A DNA stretch of 64,000 bases, taken from NCBI GenBank assembly GCA_028692545.1, contig JAQUXC010000003.1, forward strand, positions 47,827 to 111,826. Direction: 5' to 3'. Both the position numbers and the translations under genes were made by a program. Within the stretch, counting starts at the first letter, position 1; every line of letters starts with the position of its first letter. Shown here piece after piece: positions 31,901 to 41,679 of this stretch. The notes under the pieces are model-generated. The model had not been told where the DNA came from. It saw nothing but the letters and a program-made list of their open reading frames with translations, and ran no database searches. Origin of the DNA: Patescibacteria group bacterium. Lineage in GTDB: Bacteria > Patescibacteriota > Patescibacteriia > UBA1558 > S5-K13.

Positions 31901-32431
31901 TTATTCTTTTTCTGTATTTATATCGACAGCCATAGGTAGAGGAACTTTCTCTCCCATACGAGTAGCTTGAATACGTTGTAATTCGTGAAGAGCTTTGTAT
32001 ATGCCACGTTCAATACTTGCCTCATAACGAATAAGTTTTCCGTATGTATCACGATTAGCAAAATCATAACTCAATGCACCCCCAAGTGTTTTATCAGCTT
32101 TACCCATTGAAAAACTTATACTATTACTCATATCGTTATCCATCATCTCTTTTTCTATTTGCATTACTCGTTTTAATCTCCATACATTGGCTGTTATTCT
32201 ATCAACTAAGACTAATTCAAGCTCTGTTTTTGGCTCTAATTCAGCTCTTAATTTTTTGCCTATATCAATAAGAGCTCCCTCATCTTCTCCGTCTAATAAA
32301 ATCTCTTTACTTAACAAACCGTGTTTTAAGGCATTGTATTTGCTTATTGCCTTACCTTCTTCAGTTTTTACTCCCCCAAGTTTTGCATTTTCTCGGTTTG
32401 CATCTAACTGTTTTTGTGATATTTCGTTCAT
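31901..32431 (-). CDS. hypothetical protein
   Basis: 176-aa ORF, charged and helical; no family recognised. Confidence 0.35.
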   Translation of the reverse strand: MNEISQKQLDANRENAKLGGVKTEEGKAISKYNALKHGLLSKEILLDGEDEGALIDIGKKLRAELEPKTELELVLVDRITANVWRLKRVMQIEKEMMDNDMSNSISFSMGKADKTLGGALSYDFANRDTYGKLIRYEASIERGIYKALHELQRIQATRMGEKVPLPMAVDINTEKE

Positions 32432-32467
32432 ATTTTTATTGATTATTTTGTAAAAAAATGTCTAATT

Positions 32468-33745
32468 TTAATTGTTAGTTTTTACCCCACTATCTAACTC
32501 ACTATTGTTTTGGTTATTTAATGAAGCGAATGGAGTGGTGGGGCAGATGAGTATTTTTCTTTTATCATTTACGTCTTGTTCTTGGACTATAAGTCCAGCA
32601 TTTTCTAACATCGGAATAATCTGTTGTCTGACAAGCCAATCTGCTAAAATTCTGCCAAAGATTTTTAGATGTCCCTGTGTTATTTCTCGTCTTGTTAGTC
32701 CGACTCTATCTTTAGCCTCCCATATTGGAAGTATCACCTCTTTATAAATTTGATAGATAAAAGGCGGTAGATTAAATTCTTGACTGTCAGAAATAGCATT
32801 CCAAACTTCAAAAGCATTATCTACATCTTCTTCGTTGGCTATTATTGTAGAGCCATCTTTTTGTCTATACCATAAATTTAACAATGCAAAGGCTTTTATT
32901 AGAGAGATAATTCTCCCAATATCTCTTTGGTTTCTAGGCTTTAATATTTTGTTTTCATTAAAAAACAGATTTTCTATTTTTTGAGGACAGCCAATTTTAA
33001 TATTGTCAATTTCTGCTAATCTAATAGCTTCAATTCTTTCTATAAGTAATTTACGTTTAGAATTATTTTCTAACGAAAAATTATAGAAACCACTGTCAGT
33101 CTCTTTTCTTATTTTTTGATGTATTGCTTCTTTGATTTTTTCTTTGTTAGTTTCTGGACTTAATAAAAGAAATCTTGTTGTTTCTTGTTCGTCTATTCTT
33201 AGCCCAGCTGTGCAAAAGATTACCGAAGGAAATCCTTTAAGAAATATATTTTTAGTTCTTAGTCCCGCTCTTTGAGATTTGTCAGTAATTTTTATACAGA
33301 TTTCTTTTTTATCGTGAGATAGTAGAGGTCTTAGATGTTGGAGTAGTAATGTGTGTGGTTGGTCAAGAAAAATTAAAATCTTTCTTGATAAATCCACTAT
33401 ATAGCCATTTTTCTCTTTGCTAAATTCGCCCACATCGTGAAAAAAAGCAGTTGGACTGCAATAGCCAACTTCAATAATATCTTCTTTTGGGAATAATTGA
33501 GCGATTTCAGTGGGTATATATGATTTACCAGTAGAGGACGGGGCATTGAAACTTATATTCAACTGGGAGCTTTCTGTATATGCCGATAATTCGCACAGAA
33601 AGGTTATTAGTTTGTTATTTTCATCTTTTTTGATAGTTATACCTAAAATATCAATTAACTCCTTAGGAGTAAGTATATTAAATTTAGGGGCATCTTTTTT
33701 TGACTCGATATTGTTTGGGTCATTTGTAATTGTAATATTTTCCAT
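32468..33745 (-). CDS. P-loop NTPase, possibly a replication/primase-associated (D5/P4-C-like) protein of the element
   Basis: Walker A-like FNAPSSTGKSY and downstream IFLDQPH (Walker B-like). 425 aa, located in the mobile-element backbone. Confidence 0.4.
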   Translation of the reverse strand: MENITITNDPNNIESKKDAPKFNILTPKELIDILGITIKKDENNKLITFLCELSAYTESSQLNISFNAPSSTGKSYIPTEIAQLFPKEDIIEVGYCSPTAFFHDVGEFSKEKNGYIVDLSRKILIFLDQPHTLLLQHLRPLLSHDKKEICIKITDKSQRAGLRTKNIFLKGFPSVIFCTAGLRIDEQETTRFLLLSPETNKEKIKEAIHQKIRKETDSGFYNFSLENNSKRKLLIERIEAIRLAEIDNIKIGCPQKIENLFFNENKILKPRNQRDIGRIISLIKAFALLNLWYRQKDGSTIIANEEDVDNAFEVWNAISDSQEFNLPPFIYQIYKEVILPIWEAKDRVGLTRREITQGHLKIFGRILADWLVRQQIIPMLENAGLIVQEQDVNDKRKILICPTTPFASLNNQNNSELDSGVKTNN

Positions 33746-33755
33746 ATTTTTAATG

Positions 33756-33965
33756 TTAACTTTTATTAGGGTTGTTTGGGGCGTAAATCTCTTTACGGCG
33801 TTCTTGAACTTGATTATATTCTTCTTGCGTCATTGGTTTATAAACAAGCTTAATAAGTCGGATGAGTTTTATTCCCTGTTCGTATGCTTCTTCTCGGCTA
33901 ATATCCTTACCGAAACGATTTTTATAAAGCATTTGATATTTTGTTATTTGCTCATCTGACAACAT
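33756..33965 (-). CDS. hypothetical small protein
   Basis: 69-aa ORF co-directional with neighbours. Confidence 0.3.
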   Translation of the reverse strand: MLSDEQITKYQMLYKNRFGKDISREEAYEQGIKLIRLIKLVYKPMTQEEYNQVQERRKEIYAPNNPNKS

Positions 33966-33969
33966 AGTT

Positions 33970-34269
33970 TTATTCCGAATAAATTCTATTTTTTAACATT
34001 TTTGTGTTGTCAAAAAATGTCCTTGCTTTGACCTCTAATTTATTTGCCCAATATTTGTCTGCCATCAATTCAATACCCTTTTCTAAAATAAATATAAATT
34101 GAACCTTTTTGATATTAGATTTATTTAAAGACACAAGCTTAAAACCAACACTTATAAGTGCGGAACTACACCCCAAATCCGTAGTAAAAAAATATCTATT
34201 TTTACTATCTAGAGGCATATATTCAAATTCTCTAATCTGTTTTTTTTGTAATATTTTTTTCATAATCAT
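33970..34269 (-). CDS. hypothetical small protein
   Basis: 99-aa ORF, 4 bp after the preceding gene. Confidence 0.3.
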   Translation of the reverse strand: MIMKKILQKKQIREFEYMPLDSKNRYFFTTDLGCSSALISVGFKLVSLNKSNIKKVQFIFILEKGIELMADKYWANKLEVKARTFFDNTKMLKNRIYSE

Positions 34270-34304
34270 TTTTAGTTAATTAAATAGTTCTAAAATATTT
34301 AATC

Positions 34305-34333
34305 AATAAAAAAACCGATAGTCGTCCTATCGG
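34305..34333 (-). terminator. rho-independent terminator on the minus strand (hairpin ccgatag-tcgtcc-tatcgg followed by a T7 run on the minus strand)
   Basis: It would end a minus-strand transcript coming from 34579..35424 or a 3' sRNA. The loop contains the ATAGTCGTCC motif also present at 31007-31068. Confidence 0.45.
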
Positions 34334-34578
34334 TGAAAGTTGATTATGAATAATAAAAAAAGCCAAAACAACAAACACCAGTTCGGGACGAACTGTTATC
34401 TATTGTCTTGGCTCATTTAGCTACCCATTAAGGGGTAGATTACCTAAATAGTCTCAACAAGGCTTGCATTATATCAAACCCTTTTAAATGGGTGAGCTAT
34501 ATAATTTAAGCTATCTTATCGATTTTTTAATGAACTTATATTTAAAATATAATCTATCTAATATTTTATGTCAAGTCT

Positions 34579-35424
34579 TTATTTTTTGTTTATTAAAAAT
34601 TTAATCACACCTTGTTTATTTATAGAGAAGTAATTCTCTTTTCTGCATTTGTAGCATACTTTGAATTTATTGATACGAAAGTTATTTAAGTAATCTGATA
34701 TTTGTTTTTCATTATTAAGTTTTTCTTTAAGAAAGTGTTTGCATTCGGCACATCTCCAATCTACTTCAGGATTGTTTTTTAATAATAGTTTAATTTTCCC
34801 AACCTGTGGTGTAATAATTTCCTTGCGGATATTATTATTTAAATTTTCTAGAACTGACACATTTAAAATTATAAATTTTGTAGGAACTTCTGATATGCCT
34901 AAAATCTGTGGTCTTTTTGTTTCCCCAAATTCAACATCTGGTTCGTTTTTATATAATATTTTTATAGCTCCAGAGTAATCGGCTAACCATAAACAAATTT
35001 CTTTATACTTATTTCCTATATTAGCAAAGTCTATTGCCCCTTTGGACGTTTTAAATTTTAAAATCAAAGTCAATGTTTCAAGAATATAATTACGTCCATT
35101 TTGTCCACTATATTTTTTAAGTAATCCGTAATATTTATTTTTTGATATTTTTATAAATTTATCTAATTCTTTTTTATTATAAGAAAGATGAATGTATTTA
35201 AGATTATAGGTGTCGTATTTATCGTCTTCATCTTCAAATTTTATCAGTTTTCTTTCTTCAAGTCTTTTTAGTATATCTACAATTTCATCAATTGTCAGTT
35301 TCGGAAAGTCTTTTGGTTCTATGGTTATGGTATTCAAAAACTTTTTTTCATCCCTGTTTATTATTAGAAGTAATTTTTCTGCAATTAGTAGGTTTTTATT
35401 TTTTGTATCTATTCCTTTTGGCAT
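34579..35424 (-). CDS. hypothetical protein with C-terminal zinc ribbon
   Basis: 281 aa; WRCAECKHF...CYKCRKENYF. Confidence 0.4.
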   Translation of the reverse strand: MPKGIDTKNKNLLIAEKLLLIINRDEKKFLNTITIEPKDFPKLTIDEIVDILKRLEERKLIKFEDEDDKYDTYNLKYIHLSYNKKELDKFIKISKNKYYGLLKKYSGQNGRNYILETLTLILKFKTSKGAIDFANIGNKYKEICLWLADYSGAIKILYKNEPDVEFGETKRPQILGISEVPTKFIILNVSVLENLNNNIRKEIITPQVGKIKLLLKNNPEVDWRCAECKHFLKEKLNNEKQISDYLNNFRINKFKVCYKCRKENYFSINKQGVIKFLINKK

Positions 35425-35612
35425 AATTTTGTAATTATAATTTTAATATTGCAGGTAGATTTTATCTCCTGTATAATAAATACTATCAAATGTTAAGTAT
35501 TAAATCAAAACAGAGAAAATGAGAAATAGGCATAAAACACTAGGTTTTAATGCCGATTATTTTACAATTTAATCGCCTAACCCTTATGAAGTAAAATTCT
35601 AAGGTATGGTAT

Positions 35613-35751
35613 AAAACCCAACCACGATAGTAAGCTCCTCATCGAGCAACTCGTGGTTGGGTTATGCAGGGAAACTTGCATAGGTAGTCAGCAGTGATTA
35701 TCTGTTCGTGGGGAGCTTTTTGTTTCCTACGAAACTCAAAACCCAACCACA
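35613..35751 (+). promoter_or_regulatory. structured 5' leader of the Type III R-M operon with alternative pairings
   Basis: aaaacccaaccacg (35613-26) pairs with cgtggttgggtt (35652-63). A second aaaacccaaccac (35738-50) abuts the mod ATG. gctcctc/ggggagc + ttttt forms a terminator-like element at ~35709-35720. Confidence 0.4.
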
Positions 35752-37533
35752 ATGAAAAAATTACAATTACAATCTGCGGATAAACTTTCTGCAAAGAATG
35801 TTCATATTGAAGATTTCGAAAGCAAACAACAGAAATTGTTTCTCAAAGAAATTGAAAATCTTAAAAATGAAATTAAAAAACTTAAATCAAGAAAAAAATA
35901 CGGACTTGTATGGGAGGACAAACCAGAACAAGTTGTTGATATGTGTAAGGATAAATTACCTGTTCTAGTAGAGGAAAAAAATAAAGAAATTAAGGCCGAT
36001 AAAAACAAACCAATTGATATTTTAATTGAGGGCGATAACTATCACTCCCTTTCTGTTTTAAATTACACTCATAAGGGGAAAATAGATGTTATTTATATTG
36101 ACCCACCATACAATACTGGCAATAAAGATTTTATTTATAATGACCGTTATGTAGACAAAGAAGATAATTATCGTCATTCTAAGTGGCTCTCCTTTATGAA
36201 TAATAGGCTAAGGCTTGTAAAAAATTTATTAAAAGAAGATGGGTTAATTTTCATTAGTATTGATGACAACGAAGCTTCTCAACTTAAATTGTTATGCGAC
36301 GATATTTTTGGTGAACAGAACTTGCTGGATATTTTTTATTTACAAGTTAGATATGCAGGAAAATCACTTAATGAGAAAGACGATTTTCAAAAATTGATTG
36401 AACAAGTTTTAATTTATGCAAAAAATAAACATAAATTTAAACCAAATAAACCCAGTGATATTTATTCACTTGCTAAGTTTAAGTTTAGGGTGGTTGAAAA
36501 AACTAGGGGTAAAAAAATAAAACTTGGAAATAAAGAAGTGGAGATATTTAAGAAAGGAGAATATGAGATTATTGAAGAAAAAGAAGAAAATATAAACCTA
36601 TTAAAAGCAACTTGGGCTAGCGGTAGTGTTCTTAAGGGAAATACTTCTGGAAAATTTTTTCATACTTATTTAGAGAATAGGAGAGACATAGATGGACTTG
36701 GAACTTTATATAAAGTATATGGAATTGGTGAAGATGGTATTGGCTATAGATATTTTACTGGTCCAAAGAAAAGCACAGCTACAAAGGGGATATTTTATAC
36801 AGGCATTCCAAATTTTAGAAGGACTGATATTGAAGGGGGAATAGATAGTCATAAAGAACGTCCAATAGTTAACTTTTATGATTATAGTGGGGATTTTGGC
36901 AATATAAGACACGAGGGAGCCGTTGATTTTAGGAGTGGTAAGAAACCAACTAAAATGCTTAAGGAACTTATTAACTTGAATGGGAACAAAAAATCTGTGG
37001 TTCTAGATTTTTTTGCAGGTTCTGGTTCTACTGGACACGCTGTTGAGATATTAAATAAAGAAGATGGAGGAGAACGCCAATTTATTCTCTGCACAAGTAA
37101 TGAAGGTGATGTTTGCACAAAAGTTTGTTATCCAAGAATTAAAAACGTATCTAAGGATTTCAATAATAATGTTAAGTATTTTAAAACTGATTTTGTAGAC
37201 GCAAAACAAACTGACCGTAATAAGAAAAAACTTATTGATAAATCTACAGAAATGCTTTGTTTAAAAGAGTCTTGTTTTAAATTAGTTAAGAAGGGTGAAA
37301 GTTTTAAGATTTTTACGAATAATAAAAATAAATATTTAGGTATAGTTTATGATGATACAGGAATTGAGTCATTTAAAAAAGAAGTTAATAAATTAAATAA
37401 GTCAATTATCACTTATATTTTTTCTCTCGACGATAGTGCTAGAGAGGAAGAATTTGAAAATATAAAAAGATTGGTTGAGTTAAAGCCCATACCAGTCGTT
37501 ATCCTTAATGTTTATAAAAGAATATTCAAATGA
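35752..37533 (+). CDS. mod: Type III restriction-modification system methyltransferase (Mod), N6-adenine beta-class
   Basis: Motif IV IYIDPPYNTGNKDFIYNDRY precedes motif I FFAGSGSTGHA (beta-class order); 593 aa; overlaps the downstream res gene by 4 nt. Confidence 0.85.
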   Translation: MKKLQLQSADKLSAKNVHIEDFESKQQKLFLKEIENLKNEIKKLKSRKKYGLVWEDKPEQVVDMCKDKLPVLVEEKNKEIKADKNKPIDILIEGDNYHSLSVLNYTHKGKIDVIYIDPPYNTGNKDFIYNDRYVDKEDNYRHSKWLSFMNNRLRLVKNLLKEDGLIFISIDDNEASQLKLLCDDIFGEQNLLDIFYLQVRYAGKSLNEKDDFQKLIEQVLIYAKNKHKFKPNKPSDIYSLAKFKFRVVEKTRGKKIKLGNKEVEIFKKGEYEIIEEKEENINLLKATWASGSVLKGNTSGKFFHTYLENRRDIDGLGTLYKVYGIGEDGIGYRYFTGPKKSTATKGIFYTGIPNFRRTDIEGGIDSHKERPIVNFYDYSGDFGNIRHEGAVDFRSGKKPTKMLKELINLNGNKKSVVLDFFAGSGSTGHAVEILNKEDGGERQFILCTSNEGDVCTKVCYPRIKNVSKDFNNNVKYFKTDFVDAKQTDRNKKKLIDKSTEMLCLKESCFKLVKKGESFKIFTNNKNKYLGIVYDDTGIESFKKEVNKLNKSIITYIFSLDDSAREEEFENIKRLVELKPIPVVILNVYKRIFK

Positions 37534-39713
37534 TTAAATTAAAAGATTATCAAAAAGAGGCAGTAGAAAATTTACATCAAAAAATAGAAAAATCTTTAAA
37601 GTCTCCAGAAAGTGAAGTTGTAGTATTTCAAGCCCCAACTGGTTCTGGTAAAACAGTTATGGTTTCTGCTTTATTAAAAGAATTTGTAAGAAATAGGCAA
37701 GATAATAATAAATTTTCTTTTGTTTGGGTTTCTGTAAGAATGTTGCACGAACAAAGCAAAGAAAAACTAGAAAGCTATTATGAAGATGATGGGAATTTAA
37801 GATGTTCTTATTTTGAAGATTTAGAAGACCGTAAAATTGATGAAAATGAAATATTATTTATCAATTGGCACAGTATAAACAAAAAGGATATAAATATTTT
37901 TATAAAAGACAATGAAAAGGATAATAATTTAAGTAATATCATAAAGAATACTAAAGAAGACGGCAGATTTATTATTTTGATTATAGATGAAAGTCATCAT
38001 ACCGCAGGTGCAGAAAAATCAAAAGAGCTTATTGAGATTATTGGTCCCAAAATAACGCTAGAAGTTTCAGCGACACCACACTTAACAGAAAAAGTTTCGG
38101 AGATAGAAAAGGTTCGTTTGTCTGATGTTAAGGCAGAAGAAATGATTAAATCTGAAATATCAGTTAATCCAGAGTTCCTTAATATTAAAATTGGTTTAAA
38201 AAGTAGTGATGAGATAGTTATAGAGCAAGCTTTAAAGAAGAGAGAAGAGTTATTAAAGATGTATAAAAGGGAGGGTTCAAAAATAAATCCCTTAATGCTT
38301 ATTCAACTCCCAGATAATAAAAGTAATTTAGTGAGTAAAAAAGAGGGGGTGATAAAACTTTTAAATAAAAAAGGAATAACTGAAAAAAATGGAAAACTTG
38401 CCATCTGGTTATCTGAGGATAAATCTGATACTTTGCCAAACATTGAAAAAAATGATAATGAAGTTGAGGTCTTGATATTTAAACAAGCAATTGCTTTAGG
38501 TTGGGATTGTCCAAGAGCTTCGATTTTAGTGATTTTCAGAGAGTCAAAAAGTTTTACTTTTACAATCCAAACGATAGGTAGAATAATGAGAATGCCAGAG
38601 TTAAAATATTATTCAAAAGAACCAGAATTAAATGTTGGATATGTTTTTACAAATTTACCCAACATAGAAATTACGGAAGATTACGCAAAAGACTATATAA
38701 CTATTTATGAGTCAAAAAGAGATAGCAAGCTTTATAATAATATTTCTTTGCCATCAATTTATCTAAGAAGACAAAGAGAAAGAACTCGTTTATCTGGAGA
38801 ATTTGTGAAGATTTTTACAAAAATTACCGAAGCAAATAATTTTAAGAAACAAATAAATCTTAAGCCTTCAAAAATTATAAATCCTATAATAGCAGAGGGT
38901 AAAATTATCGATATTGATAAATCAGGTGAAATTGAACATAAAGGAATGCTTAAAGTATCTTTAGATGAAAAAGAATTACAAGACAAGTTTGATAGATTTA
39001 TAGTGCAAAATTGCACTCCTTATTCACCAGCGGACTCAAGCGATAGAATGAAAACGGCGATTTATCAATTTTTTAATAAGGAATTTAAATTTGATAAATA
39101 TGACTCTAAGGTTCAAAGAATGGTTTTAGGTAAAGAAAATATACAACTTTTTGTTAATATTCTTAATTTAGCTAAAGAAAAATATAAGAAAGAGGTTGTG
39201 GAGAAATTAAGTGAAAAAAGAGAACTACAAGCAATTTCTAATTGGGAGGTGCCAATATTTATAACTTATAATAGTAGATATAAAAAGGAAGAACAACCTA
39301 TTTCTGTTATGAAACCATTTTATGTTGCAACTCAAAGTGAGCCAGAAAGATTATTCATAGAGTTGCTTAATAATTCAAAAAAAATTAAGTGGTGGTATAA
39401 GAATGGTGAGGCAGAAATAAAATATTTTGCAATTTTAAGGTCTGATGATAGAGCATTTTATCCAGATTTTATAATTCAATTTAAAAACGGAACTATTGGA
39501 ATATTTGAGACTAAAAGTGGATTTACAGCGGGTGAAGACGCAAAAGAAAGAGCTGAAAGTTTGCAAAGATATATTAAGAAACAAAATAAGTCTGGTAAAA
39601 AAATTATTGGTGGTATAGCTATCTATGTCAATGGAACGTGGCGATACAATGATAATGATAAATATAAATACGACCCAAATAATTTAAGTGAGTGGAAAAT
39701 TTTGAGTTTGTAA
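37530..39713 (+). CDS. res: Type III restriction enzyme Res subunit (helicase + PD-ExK endonuclease)
   Basis: Walker A VFQAPTGSGKT, DEAH-like IIDESHH, helicase C motifs, C-terminal nuclease motif YPDFIIQF...IFETK; 727 aa. Confidence 0.85.
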   Translation: MIKLKDYQKEAVENLHQKIEKSLKSPESEVVVFQAPTGSGKTVMVSALLKEFVRNRQDNNKFSFVWVSVRMLHEQSKEKLESYYEDDGNLRCSYFEDLEDRKIDENEILFINWHSINKKDINIFIKDNEKDNNLSNIIKNTKEDGRFIILIIDESHHTAGAEKSKELIEIIGPKITLEVSATPHLTEKVSEIEKVRLSDVKAEEMIKSEISVNPEFLNIKIGLKSSDEIVIEQALKKREELLKMYKREGSKINPLMLIQLPDNKSNLVSKKEGVIKLLNKKGITEKNGKLAIWLSEDKSDTLPNIEKNDNEVEVLIFKQAIALGWDCPRASILVIFRESKSFTFTIQTIGRIMRMPELKYYSKEPELNVGYVFTNLPNIEITEDYAKDYITIYESKRDSKLYNNISLPSIYLRRQRERTRLSGEFVKIFTKITEANNFKKQINLKPSKIINPIIAEGKIIDIDKSGEIEHKGMLKVSLDEKELQDKFDRFIVQNCTPYSPADSSDRMKTAIYQFFNKEFKFDKYDSKVQRMVLGKENIQLFVNILNLAKEKYKKEVVEKLSEKRELQAISNWEVPIFITYNSRYKKEEQPISVMKPFYVATQSEPERLFIELLNNSKKIKWWYKNGEAEIKYFAILRSDDRAFYPDFIIQFKNGTIGIFETKSGFTAGEDAKERAESLQRYIKKQNKSGKKIIGGIAIYVNGTWRYNDNDKYKYDPNNLSEWKILSL

Positions 39714-39717
39714 ATAT

Positions 39718-40188
39718 ATGAAAAAGCCACGAGAAATAATAACCGAAGATTTCGTTCAAAAGACCATAATAAAATATTTAGAATTAAAAGGGTGGGGTAA
39801 ATCGTTAAAGAGTTCTGAATTGTGGGAGCAGGGTGTTGATATAAAAGTTTGTAATAATCAATTTTCTAGATATTGGCTTATAGAAGCTAAGGGAGACCCA
39901 TCAATCAATGTAAAAAATCCAAGTGGAAGTCAAAGTAGTAGTTTTAATTCAGCTTTAGGGCAGATTATTACAAGAATGCACAGAAATGGTAAAAGAGGTT
40001 ATAAATATGGTTATAAATATGGTGTAGCTCTCCCAGTGTCATTTAGAAGTATGGTCATAAGAAAAATGTCTTTTGATGTAATGGATAAATTAAACCTTTA
40101 TCTATTTTTTGTTGATAGTCTTGGGAGAGTTGAAGAAATAAACTATAAGGATTTAAAAAATCTAAGAACAAAGAAAAATGGAAAATAA
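39718..40188 (+). CDS. small PD-(D/E)xK-fold nuclease-like protein
   Basis: GVDIKVCNN...WLIEAKGD fits the D...E-x-K restriction-endonuclease-like core; 156 aa; 4 bp after res. Confidence 0.5.
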   Translation: MKKPREIITEDFVQKTIIKYLELKGWGKSLKSSELWEQGVDIKVCNNQFSRYWLIEAKGDPSINVKNPSGSQSSSFNSALGQIITRMHRNGKRGYKYGYKYGVALPVSFRSMVIRKMSFDVMDKLNLYLFFVDSLGRVEEINYKDLKNLRTKKNGK

Positions 40189-40372
40189 AAAATCATCAGA
40201 GTGGACTCAAGAAGAACGGGATAGGATAGTTGGTTGTTTTAGGATACTTATTGAAATGGATAAAAAACAAAATCCAGATTTATATAAACCAAGTATTTTA
40301 GAAGTAGAGGATAATTGATTGTATACAAGAATAAGTATATTATAAATAATATCAATTGAAGCCATAGAAAAT

Positions 40373-41479
40373 ATGCAAAAATCAAATAAAATCATAGGAA
40401 TAGTTTTAGTATCAGTATTATTGGTAGCTCTTATTTTCATTATAATTTTCAAAGAAAAGGATATAAAAAAGAATTATAATAATTTCCAAATAGAGTTAAA
40501 TAATAAAGATGAGAAGCAGGATATCTCTAAGAGTGAAATTGGTATTTTATACAATCAATATATTGCTGATACAGAAAATAAAGAAAATGAGTTAAAGTCA
40601 TTATTAAAGCAAGATAAAGATTTAAAATTTATTCCTATTGAAACACTGTATCAAAGTGAGCTAACGAATAATAATCCAAAGTATCCAACATTGAATTGCG
40701 GCAAAGAAAAAGTTGAATTTACATTTATTCCAGACCCATATAGAAAAGAGGCAACTGAAAATGTTATTTTTGAAGATGGGACAGGTATTCAAGTTATAAA
40801 CAAAGAAACCAATAAAATACTTCAACAAGAAAAAGTGTATGGCATTTTGGACATAGAGAAATTGAATTTCAACAATTTAGATTATTATATAACAAGTGAA
40901 TATACGGGTGGTGCCCATTGTTGTTTTGAAGAAAGAGTGATTGTTTGTAAAAATGGTAAATTTAATATTGGTGATGTTGTTAATTATGGCAGTAATGGTG
41001 AATTGGGAGATTTTTTTATAAAAAACAATCAGATTTATTTTACGAAATCAAATGGTAGATTTGATTATTTTAATCTTAGCTATACGTCATCTAGGGGAAT
41101 GGAGTATCTAGCCTTTTATAAGTTAGATACTAATTCTAATAAATTCATAGATGTTTCTAAAGAATTTCCAGATTATTATTCTAAATTAGCAAAACAACAA
41201 AATGATTGGCTAATTAAATTAAAAAAATATCAACCAAGTTTTTTTAGTGGAGCAGAAGAATTGTGGTATTACCCACTGATTAAAAGATTAACAGCTAATT
41301 ATTTATCTGGAGAAAGTAAAGAGATTTATGAAAAACAATTCTTAGATGATTTTAATTATTTTATAGATGGTTCTTCTGTTGATAAACAACATTTCTTATT
41401 TCCTATAGAAAAAAAAGATATTAAGAAGATATTTGATGATGCAATGAAAATTTTAATAGGAGAATATACAACAACATAG
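40373..41479 (+). CDS. hypothetical membrane-anchored protein
   Basis: 368 aa, single N-terminal TM helix, no family recognised. Confidence 0.4.
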   Translation: MQKSNKIIGIVLVSVLLVALIFIIIFKEKDIKKNYNNFQIELNNKDEKQDISKSEIGILYNQYIADTENKENELKSLLKQDKDLKFIPIETLYQSELTNNNPKYPTLNCGKEKVEFTFIPDPYRKEATENVIFEDGTGIQVINKETNKILQQEKVYGILDIEKLNFNNLDYYITSEYTGGAHCCFEERVIVCKNGKFNIGDVVNYGSNGELGDFFIKNNQIYFTKSNGRFDYFNLSYTSSRGMEYLAFYKLDTNSNKFIDVSKEFPDYYSKLAKQQNDWLIKLKKYQPSFFSGAEELWYYPLIKRLTANYLSGESKEIYEKQFLDDFNYFIDGSSVDKQHFLFPIEKKDIKKIFDDAMKILIGEYTTT

Positions 41480-41679
41480 GTGTTATTATGGGGTTATTGC
41501 TAGTGAGTATGCGGGTTGTGGATAACTTATTGACATTATTATTTATATGGTGTATATTGTAAGTAATAAATCCTTATCATTTGCTTCGGCTATGATAAGC
41601 AACAAGAACCTTACGGCTCTTGTTTTTTATTTAATGGGCTAGTATTATATATTCATACTATAATTTATCATTAAGCTGT

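Noticed and set aside
34739-35434. Antisense ORFs (34739..34978, 35210..35434) opposite the 281-aa minus-strand gene
   Set aside because: They are low-complexity Ser/Phe-rich translations inside a longer, better-supported ORF.
40207-40452. 81-aa minus-strand ORF between the PD-ExK and membrane-protein genes
   Set aside because: It overlaps the start of the 40373 plus-strand gene and its promoter region and gives a hydrophobic low-complexity product, so it is probably spurious.
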